Of a stretch of 64,000 nucleotides of DNA, positions 9,830 through 16,771 are shown one piece after another. Numbering within the stretch: position 1 is the stretch's first letter; every line of letters begins with the position of its first letter. The notes under the pieces were generated by a model. The model did no database searches, was not told where the DNA came from, and worked only from the letters and a program-made list of their open reading frames with translations. This DNA is from a virus: IMG/VR virus record IMGVR_UViG_3300025362_000007, positions 6,852 to 70,851 of that record. The stretch is one strand, 5' to 3'. Position numbers and translations under genes: made by a program.

Positions 9830-10304
9830 GATAGATAGGATAACTACCTACCTTACCCCTGGGGATGACCATCGTATTGGACGAAGATACTTAAACTCAG
9901 GGCAAAGTATCATTACTCTTTAGTTAAGAGCGTCCAGTAGGGTGGTTTTTCCTTTCTACGGGCAACTGAACCGAAAAGGTTAGTGGTTACGAGTATACCA
10001 GCAGTCCATAAAACGTAGGGTAGCTATTAGATAGGAAGCCGTAAATTTGCCTAACACCATGTCAGAGGAAAAGACCCTAAGCACCTCATATTGAGGGATG
10101 CTTGTGAGACGGACAATGGCAGGACTGATGGTTGCTATACATCAGTTGTCTTGGGCTCGCAGTGCTAATGCTAGTATGAGAGTGTTAGCTTTATCTGTTT
10201 ACCTATGCTCTAGGCTCGCCTCTATCGGATTGAGGAAAAGGCTTAGGGGGGGTACTGACAGGTAGCGATAGCTGTATCCACACTTAGGTAACTACCTAAC
10301 TATC
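9830..10304 (+). ncRNA. Candidate large structured non-coding RNA (~475 nt)
   Basis: No ORF in the track; more GC-rich than flanks; 5' GATAGATAGGATAACTACCTA pairs imperfectly with 3' TAGGTAACTACCTAACTATC; many internal helices and a likely pseudoknot. Confidence 0.75.
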
Positions 10305-10356
10305 AGCCTTTAATAATACTACATATATTATATATAAATATTTATAAAATTTCCTC

Positions 10357-10385
10357 TTGACAAACTATTTCCCATGCTATACACT
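10357..10385 (+). promoter_or_regulatory. Sigma70-type promoter
   Basis: TTGACA-17-TACACT. Confidence 0.7.
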
Positions 10386-10404
10386 GAAACACAAGGAGAA
10401 CGAA

Positions 10405-10740
10405 ATGAAAACAATACCAAGAGCAGTAGATTACAATTTACTGTATGCAACTGATGATGAGATAAGAGTACTAAGGGACTCTTTAGTTTGTTACGAAAGA
10501 AAACTCGATGCAAGGCGGAGAACTGCTTTAGATGAGTTAGCAAGTAGCCGTGACAAAAACACTGGTGCGGTACAGCCAAGGACAATAGAACTGGTAACTA
10601 TCATTGAAAAAGCAAAAGCAACACAAAAAGTAGCAGGAAAGTTACGAGATACTATACGTGATACATGTTTTGCTAATCGTAGTGCTGATGCTAATTTCGA
10701 TGCAGTAGACAACTTTGGAATGGAGGTAGCAGATGAATAG
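10405..10740 (+). CDS. Hypothetical protein
   Basis: AAGGAGAACGAA RBS before ATG 10405. Confidence 0.6.
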   Translation: MKTIPRAVDYNLLYATDDEIRVLRDSLVCYERKLDARRRTALDELASSRDKNTGAVQPRTIELVTIIEKAKATQKVAGKLRDTIRDTCFANRSADANFDAVDNFGMEVADE

Positions 10741-10996
10741 GCAATGGGTTGAAGCATTAGGGGATGAAAGAATCCTTTATACAGAGAATGATGGAGGATT
10801 GAGTTTTAGAACTCTTGGTTCAATAAATGAAGAAGGTTTCTTACCTTGTGGCTTTTGTTGGAAATATCCTGTAATACGCAATGACTTTGGGTTTTATAAT
10901 ATTGAGCATATACATACAGAAGAACACACTAAGATAATAGTTGGTGGGTTTAAAGATAAACAAGCCTTAAGGGATGAATGGAATAAGAGGGAATAA
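10733..10996 (+). CDS. Hypothetical protein (LPCGFC motif)
   Basis: GGAGG RBS; overlaps upstream gene. Confidence 0.55.
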   Translation: MNRQWVEALGDERILYTENDGGLSFRTLGSINEEGFLPCGFCWKYPVIRNDFGFYNIEHIHTEEHTKIIVGGFKDKQALRDEWNKRE

Positions 10997-10997
10997 A

Positions 10998-11306
10998 ATG
11001 GCTAATATATTATTTGAGTTAATAAAGCAAAAATACATAGATTATTTGAAATCGGTCAAGGGGGATATAAATAAACCTTTCGCTACATACGTAGATGTGT
11101 ACATAGAAGAAGCTAAGGCGTCCACCACTAAAGAAGAATTAGATAAAGTTAGTTATGCACTAAGCTTATCATTTAAAGCCATGAAGACAGCCTATGGTGG
11201 GGGAGTAAATAACTCAGAGTCATTTGATAATTTAGATCTTGTGAAAATAGTAACTGGTGATGGAAAGGAGATGTTTATGGAACGTCCTAAAGGTAAAAAA
11301 CTATGA
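10998..11306 (+). CDS. Hypothetical protein
   Basis: GAGG RBS before ATG 10998. Confidence 0.55.
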   Translation: MANILFELIKQKYIDYLKSVKGDINKPFATYVDVYIEEAKASTTKEELDKVSYALSLSFKAMKTAYGGGVNNSESFDNLDLVKIVTGDGKEMFMERPKGKKL

Positions 11307-11608
11307 AAGTTAAAGTAAATATTAGTAGTAGTGATTGTAGCTACAAATTTGAGGTTATATGTCCTTTCTGTGGGAATGAATATAGAGATAGTTGGGAATT
11401 ACCTGTTGGAGAAGATGAGTTAGATTGTGGTGCGTGTGGGAGAACTTTTATATTCTCTAAAGAAATTTCTGTAAATTATTCTTCTTACATAAAATCTATA
11501 GAAGGTATAGATTGGAAAGAAGGGGCTGAGGTAGAAGACGGCTTAAATGAGGAGGAAGAAGAATGGGCTAATAAGAATGGTAAAGTCCCTTGTGAGGTAG
11601 TAAAATGA
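11303..11608 (+). CDS. Zinc-ribbon protein
   Basis: CPFCG...CGACG. Confidence 0.6.
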   Translation: MKVKVNISSSDCSYKFEVICPFCGNEYRDSWELPVGEDELDCGACGRTFIFSKEISVNYSSYIKSIEGIDWKEGAEVEDGLNEEEEEWANKNGKVPCEVVK

Positions 11609-11964
11609 GTTTTAGAGAACACATGCAAGAAGTACACAAAAGATACACTAATATGTCTGACGAAGAATTGAGGGCAACTGCTATGCGTAGTGGAAAAACA
11701 AACCAAACTTACTTTCAATTTAAAATGGCATCATTTAGTAATGATCCTATTGTATTTAATAGAATAGTTATTATAGATAATATCTGTAATATAATGCGTC
11801 AGAAAGAAATAACTACAGCACAACTAGCTAAATCGATAAAGATGCACAAGCTAAAGTTACATAATATTCTTAATAACTATGTTAACTTCACTTTAGACGA
11901 GTTAAGTGTAATAACGGAAGCATTAGATAAAAAATTAGTAATGAAATTGGAAGATAAAAAATGA
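11605..11964 (+). CDS. XRE-family helix-turn-helix protein
   Basis: C-terminal ITTAQLAKSI...FTLDELSVITEALD pattern. Confidence 0.65.
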   Translation: MSFREHMQEVHKRYTNMSDEELRATAMRSGKTNQTYFQFKMASFSNDPIVFNRIVIIDNICNIMRQKEITTAQLAKSIKMHKLKLHNILNNYVNFTLDELSVITEALDKKLVMKLEDKK

Positions 11965-12099
11965 AGTTAAACATAATCACAGGGGTTAACGCAGGGTTAT
12001 ACTATGCTTATAGAGAAAAAAGTATGGTAAAAGCTGGGTTTGGAAGAACAGAGCGAGAGGCTGTAAAAGATTTATTAGCACAAGAGGGAGACTTAGCCA

Positions 12100-12128
12100 T
12101 TGACATAAGCAAAAAGGTAGTGTACACT
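12100..12128 (+). promoter_or_regulatory. Sigma70-type promoter
   Basis: TTGACA-17-TACACT. Confidence 0.7.
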
Positions 12129-12150
12129 GCTTAATGTAAAAGGAGACAAA

Positions 12151-12687
12151 ATGAAAAAAATATTTATATTGGTAGCAATAATGTTACTAATGGTGCTACT
12201 GCCTATGGGAGCAGAGGGGTTAGATAGTGCTACGCTAACAATAAATACTAGCGTACAAGGGGTTTACGAGGTAGGAGTTTTTGAAACTGCTATAACAAGT
12301 CTTTCTGCATTTACTGGTGGGGATACTGTAACAAAAGTACTGGCAGAAATAGATCCTGCTGATACTGATACAAAAAGTATTACACCTTTATTTTTAGCCG
12401 TACGTACCAATCAAAAATTAGGCACTAGTATAACTTTGCAAGTTCTTAGTTTAATGAATGGTACAAACGAAATGAACTATGATTTAGTATTTACAGGGGA
12501 ATTAAATGGCACGGTAGCTACAGTTACTTCTAGTAGTGCATCCTTACACACAATTAGTGTAAGTGGGGGGAATGGAGTACGGATATATAATTTTCCATTT
12601 CACGTTGATATTTTACAAGCCTATTACGTGGCAGCAGTTCCAGGTTCATACACAACTGCCATAGTAATAAATTATGAAACTTTATAA
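12151..12687 (+). CDS. Secreted beta-rich protein, fimbrial/pilin-like
   Basis: Signal peptide MKKIFILVAIMLLMVLLPMGA; C-terminal PGSYTTAIVINY strand. Confidence 0.55.
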   Translation: MKKIFILVAIMLLMVLLPMGAEGLDSATLTINTSVQGVYEVGVFETAITSLSAFTGGDTVTKVLAEIDPADTDTKSITPLFLAVRTNQKLGTSITLQVLSLMNGTNEMNYDLVFTGELNGTVATVTSSSASLHTISVSGGNGVRIYNFPFHVDILQAYYVAAVPGSYTTAIVINYETL

Positions 12688-12694
12688 ATAGTAC

Positions 12695-12723
12695 TTGACA
12701 TACATATTAGAGTATGGTAGTAT
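12695..12723 (+). promoter_or_regulatory. Sigma70-type promoter, nearest upstream of the RNA array
   Basis: TTGACA-17-TAGTAT with TG extension. Confidence 0.65.
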
Positions 12724-12743
12724 AGGATAAAAGGAGAAAAGAA

Positions 12744-12972
12744 ATGAGCGAAAAAGCAAAATTAGTAGTTGGGGGATGTTGTGTATTTAAACAGTGATGA
12801 AGAGAGACTTCAACCAATGACAATTACTTCCATAAAAAGTGGTTTCATTAATTTAATTTATATAACATTCCACCCTGTTGAAGTTAATGATGAAGGGACT
12901 CACATAGTACTATTTACTTTTGGGCATGAAGACTACATTAATGAAATACCTATTGAGTGTGTTTGGAAATAA
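12744..12972 (+). pseudogene. YodC/DUF2158-like small gene with a one-base frameshift in a G5 run
   Basis: RBS and ATG at 12744; deleting one G at 12771-12775 gives MSEKAKLVVGDVVYLNSDEERLQPMTI. Confidence 0.55.
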
Positions 12973-13109
12973 AAAGCAACAGAGCATTTGAAGAAGTTAA
13001 AATAGCACACCTGTGATGCCTCTGATGCAAGCATAATTTCATGGGTTATATAGAATTTGGTAGGGATGTTTTATAAATTCTCACCAATGACTCTTAGCAA
13101 AGACTAAGG

Positions 13110-13234
13110 TAAGATGAGTAGTGGAATGGTAAACCACAATCATGGTCGGTAGAGGAAGATACTGCGAACAACAGCCTCAAAGGAAAAGCCGATTGCCCAT
13201 GACCTAAAAACAGGTTCAATTCCTGTCCATCTTA
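13110..13234 (+). ncRNA. tRNA-like RNA A with a long helix in place of the anticodon arm
   Basis: Terminal stem TAAGATG/CATCTTA; D-arm GTGG-AATGGTAAA-CCAC; T-arm ACAGG-TTCAATT-CCTGT; central TCATGG/CCATGA, TCGGT/GCCGA, GAGG/CCTC. Confidence 0.75.
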
Positions 13235-13368
13235 ATTTGTCACAGACGTGTGGATCGAAACTCTTCGCAAGCCTCTTAATAATGCTCAAATGGCGGAGTG
13301 GATGAGGGAACGTTAGCCCCAAACTACAACGGAAAAGGGAGTGTAGTTGACTGCTGGGAAAGACTAGC

Positions 13369-13453
13369 TAAAGTAAGAATGTGGTGGACACATGGGGTGA
13401 GTTAAAGACTTGGGATTCCCCAACTAGCAACACTAGTATTTCTGCTTACTTTA
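13369..13453 (+). ncRNA. Cloverleaf-like RNA B without canonical T-loop
   Basis: TAAAGTAAG/CTTACTTTA encloses ATGTG/CACAT, GGGG/CCCC and ACTAG/CTAGT hairpins. Confidence 0.6.
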
Positions 13454-13474
13454 CGGACACTGGGAAAGACTAGG

Positions 13475-13568
13475 TAGTATGGTGGCTATCTATGAAAATA
13501 AATAGTTACTGGGAGTGGTGGCTTAATACGTAGGGTCACCTGTGTGAGTTCAAATCTTGCCCATACTA
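13475..13568 (+). ncRNA. tRNA-like RNA C with elongated D and central arms
   Basis: TAGTATGG/CCATACTA; T-arm GTGAG-TTCAAAT-CTTGC; GGTGGCTT/GGGTCACC central stem. Confidence 0.7.
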
Positions 13569-13602
13569 GGCTCTAGCTTTTAGTTAGAGGGAATTATTGC
13601 TG

Positions 13603-13778
13603 TACCATGTATGTACGTAGGGAGTACTAAACGTTAGGCAATCTATAGCCTAGAAAAAGAGCGGAGGATGGATAAATGAGACTGCGATTCCATAGGAGTA
13701 AATTCTACACCGCAAAGATGTTACGTTAAGTTAATAGGAATATTAACAGCAGAGGGGTTCAACTCCCCTCACATGGTA
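13603..13778 (+). ncRNA. tRNA-like RNA D (176 nt) with a large multibranched insert
   Basis: TACCATGT/ACATGGTA; GTAC-GTAGGGA-GTAC; T-arm AGGGG-TTCAACT-CCCCT; insert closed by AACGT/ACGTT with TAGGC/GCCTA and GCGG/CCGC. Confidence 0.7.
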
Positions 13779-13805
13779 GAATACGACACTTTGGAAAGAC
13801 AAAGG

Positions 13806-13906
13806 TAGCATAATGGTGGTGTAGGATAACCACACTGGCCAGTTTGGGGGTGAAGATATCCACTTCGTAAACAACAGAGAAACAGGTTCAAGTCCTGTCT
13901 ATGCTA
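13806..13906 (+). ncRNA. tRNA-like RNA E with extended central arm
   Basis: TAGCATA/TATGCTA; D-arm GTGGT-GTAGGATA-ACCAC; T-arm ACAGG-TTCAAGT-CCTGT; central CTG/CAG, GTTT/AAAC, GGGGTG/CACTTC. Confidence 0.75.
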
Positions 13907-13982
13907 AAGGTCGGATAATTACCGAATGAACTACGGAGATTTGGGGTAGCCGTAGAGAGATTGACAAAATTGCCCATCCATT

Positions 13983-14056
13983 GCTACAGTAGCTCAGTTG
14001 GTCAGAGCACGTGACTTGTAATCTCGGTGTCGTCAGTTCGAATCTGACTTGTAGCT
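13983..14056 (+). tRNA. tRNA-Thr(TGT), CCA not encoded
   Basis: GCTACAG/TTGTAGC, TAGCTCAGTTGGTCAGAGC, loop CTTGTAA, GTTCGAATC. Confidence 0.9.
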
Positions 14057-14070
14057 TTTAAGAGTATTTT

Positions 14071-14121
14071 GGAAGTGAGCCTAATGGTGGGAAACTGTCT
14101 TGAAAACAGTCGATGGTATCC
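14071..14121 (+). pseudogene. 5' part of tRNA-Ser(TGA); T-arm and 3' acceptor strand missing
   Basis: GGAAGTG start as in the intact Ser gene, ACTGT-CTTGAAA-ACAGT anticodon arm, no GTTCRA downstream. Confidence 0.6.
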
Positions 14122-14171
14122 AACGATGTTCACGTTAGAAGCGGAACAAGAGAGTAAGAGAAAGTAAAAAT

Positions 14172-14242
14172 GCATTTGTGGCATATTGGCTGTGCGCTAG
14201 CCTTCCAAGCTAGTGAAGAGAGTTCGATTCTCTCCAAGTGCT
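14172..14242 (+). tRNA. tRNA-Gly(TCC), CCA not encoded
   Basis: GCATTTG/CAAGTGC, CTAGC-CTTCCAA-GCTAG, GAGAG-TTCGATT-CTCTC. Confidence 0.88.
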
Positions 14243-14252
14243 TATAGTAATA

Positions 14253-14331
14253 GGGGGCGTAGCTCAATCGGCAGAGCACTGGGTGCACCATAACGTGGCA
14301 GTGGATAGGAGTTCGAGTCTCCTCGGCTCCT
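14253..14331 (+). tRNA. Atypical tRNA with enlarged, bulged anticodon arm; identity undetermined (CAT in loop)
   Basis: Canonical TAGCTCAATCGGCAGAGC D-arm and AGGAG-TTCGAGT-CTCCT T-arm; central CTG-GGTG-CAC-CATAAC-GTG-G-CAG. Confidence 0.6.
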
Positions 14332-14343
14332 ATTACTAGTATT

Positions 14344-14428
14344 GGAAGTGTGTAGCAGAATTGGTATTGCCCTAGTCTTGAAAACTAACGTGGTAAAACA
14401 CATGGGGGTTCGAATCCCTCCGCTTCCG
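14344..14428 (+). tRNA. tRNA-Ser(TGA), CCA not encoded
   Basis: GGAAGTG/CGCTTCC, loop CTTGAAA, long variable arm, GTTCGAATC, G73; two extra bases after the acceptor strand. Confidence 0.8.
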
Positions 14429-14432
14429 TATT

Positions 14433-14517
14433 GGAAAGTTGCCAGAGCGGTAATGGAGCAGATTGCTAATCTGTAGCCTCTTAATTGGGGTCAGGGGTTC
14501 GATTCCTCTACTTTCCG
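14433..14517 (+). tRNA. tRNA-Ser(GCT), CCA not encoded
   Basis: GGAAAGT/ACTTTCC, loop TTGCTAA, long variable arm, GTTCGATTC, G73. Confidence 0.9.
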
Positions 14518-14640
14518 AATATCGCACTTTGGACTCTTCGGAACAAAGAGGGTTTAGTCAGCCATAGAGTGACTTTGGAAAGTTGGTGGAAAGGTTTAGG
14601 CTATTTTCCTAAGGATGGACGAGGCACTTCAACTAGACGG

Positions 14641-14748
14641 TGGATTGACACCTACTGGGGTATATGTAATGGCAGAGGGGAAAACAAGCTAGGTAAAATA
14701 CTAATGGAAATACGGGATGTATTGAGAGAGCAGGAGAGTATGCTATAG
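14641..14748 (+). pseudogene. C-terminal remnant of a NADAR (YbiA-like) gene
   Basis: WIDTYWGICNGRGENKLGKILMEIRD matches the NADAR DxxWG...GxNxLGxxLMxxR motif; no N-terminal part. Confidence 0.7.
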
Positions 14749-14818
14749 CGCATTCTTAAGATTATGCTTAGCAACGTAATCTATTACATAGTATGGTATT
14801 GCATATAAGAAACTAACC

Positions 14819-14860
14819 GTAAAATTTCACAAAAAAGTAGTAGTATTTGTGAAATTTTAC
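14819..14860. repeat. Perfect 15-bp inverted repeat abutting a -35 box
   Basis: GTAAAATTTCACAAA-12 nt-TTTGTGAAATTTTAC. Confidence 0.8.
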
Positions 14861-14862
14861 TG

Positions 14863-14891
14863 TTGACAAAGAACGAGAAATATAGTAATAT
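14863..14891 (+). promoter_or_regulatory. Sigma70-type promoter
   Basis: TTGACA-17-TAATAT. Confidence 0.6.
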
Positions 14892-14900
14892 ACTATATAT

Positions 14901-14915
14901 CGGGGTGTAGCTCAG
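14901..14915 (+). pseudogene. 5' stub of a tRNA (Pro-like)
   Basis: CGGGGTGTAGCTCAG directly after a promoter; rest of tRNA absent. Confidence 0.45.
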
Positions 14916-15045
14916 ATGATGGCCCGTATGATTACAAATAGGAGAAATTAAACTGTTACTATAATTCTGTAAAAACATAGAAAAATATAGAAAGCTATAT
15001 TGACAAACACTTAAATATACACTAAACTCTAATTAAGAGGTATGG

Positions 15046-15639
15046 GTGTTATATTCAATAGGGAAATTTGCAAAACAGATAGGGGTAACAACCGCTACAC
15101 TACGAAATTGGGATGCTAGTGGGGAACTGACCCCACAAAAAGTTACAAATGGTGGTACTCGTTATTATTCAGAACAGCAATTAAATAGTTATATGAACAA
15201 AACTATTAGTAGCAAAAAAGAGACATATATATATGCAAGAGTATCAAGTAATAATCAAAAAAAGGATTTGGTAAATCAAGTAGATTTTTTAAGACAATAT
15301 TGTAATGCAAAAGGGTACATTGTAAATGTATTAACTGATACAGGTAGTGGATTAAATTATAAAAGAAAAAATTGGAATGTACTACTTGATTTAGTAATTA
15401 AGGGCAGTGTAGATCGAATAGTAATAGCGCACAAAGATAGATTTGTTCGTTTTGGGTGTGACTGGTTTTTCTCTCTTTGTGAAAAACATGGGTGTATTAT
15501 AGAGGTAGTAAATAATGACACACTAAGCCCCCAAGAAGAAATGGTTCAAGATTTAATTTCTATTATTCACGTATTCAGTTGCCGTATATATGGGTTACGA
15601 AAGTACAAAGAAAAATTACAGAATGATGAAAGCATATAA
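15046..15639 (+). CDS. tnpA: IS607 transposase (MerR-like HTH plus serine recombinase)
   Basis: TLRNWD...GGTRYY, YARVSS, DRFVRFG, LISIIHVFSCRIYG. Confidence 0.95.
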   Translation: MLYSIGKFAKQIGVTTATLRNWDASGELTPQKVTNGGTRYYSEQQLNSYMNKTISSKKETYIYARVSSNNQKKDLVNQVDFLRQYCNAKGYIVNVLTDTGSGLNYKRKNWNVLLDLVIKGSVDRIVIAHKDRFVRFGCDWFFSLCEKHGCIIEVVNNDTLSPQEEMVQDLISIIHVFSCRIYGLRKYKEKLQNDESI

Positions 15640-16771
15640 AATAGAAATAAATCCTACAGAGGAACAGAAAACAAAGATAAACAAGACTATGGGGGTTTGT
15701 CGTTTTATTTATAATCTATATATTTCTAAAAATAAGGAAGAGTACGAAACTACTAAAAAGTTTATAAGTGCCTATGATTTTAGTAAATATATAAATAATG
15801 TTTTTATTAAGGAGAATCCTTCCTATGCTTGGATTAAAGATGTATCAAGTAAATCAGTAAAACAATCTGTATGTAATGCTGAAAAGGCATTTAAATTATT
15901 TTTTAATAAAAAGGCATGCTTTCCTAAATACAAGAAAAAGCATGTATCTAACATAAAAATGTATTTGCCTAAAAACAATAATACAGATTGGGCAATAGAA
16001 AGACATAGGGTAAAAATACCCACATTAGGCTTTGTTAGATTAAAAGAATTTGGATATATACCTAAGGATGCTGTTGTATCTAGTGGTGCAGTAAGTAAAG
16101 AGGCTGATAAGTATTTTGTTTCTATTTTAGTGAAAGAAGATAGGGTATATACTAGCAAGAAAGGGAAACAAGCAATAGGAATAGATTTAGGGATAAAAAC
16201 GTTTGCTGTATGTTCTGACGGCAGAACTTTTAAGAATATAAACAAGACAGCTAAGATAAAAGCACTAGAAAAGAAATTAAAAAAAGAACAAAAAGCTTTC
16301 AGTAGAAAGTTAGGATCTCGAAAAAAGGAGGAGTCTAATAAAAATTTAGATAAAAATAGAATACGAGTACAAAGATTACATAGGCGGTTACGTAATATTC
16401 GTCAAGAATATGTAAAATTTGTGGTAAATTCACTTGTGAAAGCCAATAATTTACCTGTATACATTTCTATTGAAGATTTGAATGTCAATGGTATGATGAA
16501 AAACAGACATTTGAGCAAAGCTATCCAAAAGCAAAATTTTTATTATTTTAGAACTAAACTTATAGAAAAATGCAACAAATATGATGTTGAGGTAAGGGTT
16601 ATAGACAGATTCTACCCAAGCAGTAAAACTTGTAGTATTTGCGGAGCATATAAATCTGATTTGAAGTTAAGTGATAGAGTATATAAATGTGGGTGTGGTG
16701 GTAGTTTAGATAGGGATTTAAATGCAAGTATAAATATTAGGGATTGCAAGATATATAAAGTAGCAATTTAA
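15623..16771 (+). CDS. tnpB: RNA-guided endonuclease TnpB
   Basis: RuvC GIDLG, IEDL, DRDLNAS all intact; CSICG/CGCG zinc finger. Confidence 0.95.
   Translation: MMKAYKIEINPTEEQKTKINKTMGVCRFIYNLYISKNKEEYETTKKFISAYDFSKYINNVFIKENPSYAWIKDVSSKSVKQSVCNAEKAFKLFFNKKACFPKYKKKHVSNIKMYLPKNNNTDWAIERHRVKIPTLGFVRLKEFGYIPKDAVVSSGAVSKEADKYFVSILVKEDRVYTSKKGKQAIGIDLGIKTFAVCSDGRTFKNINKTAKIKALEKKLKKEQKAFSRKLGSRKKEESNKNLDKNRIRVQRLHRRLRNIRQEYVKFVVNSLVKANNLPVYISIEDLNVNGMMKNRHLSKAIQKQNFYYFRTKLIEKCNKYDVEVRVIDRFYPSSKTCSICGAYKSDLKLSDRVYKCGCGGSLDRDLNASINIRDCKIYKVAI

Larger units (their letters stand above)
13089..13805 (+). repeat. Four copies of a leader hairpin GACW-stem-SAAAGA-stem at 13089-13108, 13349-13368, 13456-13474 and 13785-13805
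   Basis: CTTAG-CAAAGA-CTAAG, GCTGG-GAAAGA-CTAGC, CTGG-GAAAGA-CTAG, CTTTG-GAAAGA-CAAAG; stems covary while the loop is conserved. Confidence 0.85.

Noticed and set aside
10064-10250. RNase P RNA or group I intron identity for the large RNA
   Set aside because: GAGGAAAAGACC only loosely resembles GAGGAAAGUCC and no matching P4 3' strand was found; no interrupted host gene or P7 core recognised
12994-13004. AAGTTAAAATA resembling the SpCas9 tracrRNA
   Set aside because: Only 11 AT-rich bases match; no nexus, anti-repeat partner or Cas9
13089-13805. GGAAAGAC repeats as a CRISPR mini-array
   Set aside because: Copies vary with compensating stem changes, spacing is irregular (about 105-330 nt), and the intervening units are structured RNAs
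13140-14184. Minus-strand 60-aa ORFs at 13140-13322 and 14002-14184
   Set aside because: Antisense to structured RNA/tRNA genes, against local gene direction, no motifs
14485-14640. N-terminal part of the 87-aa ORF
   Set aside because: It starts inside tRNA-Ser(GCT) with no RBS; only the NADAR-like tail looks real
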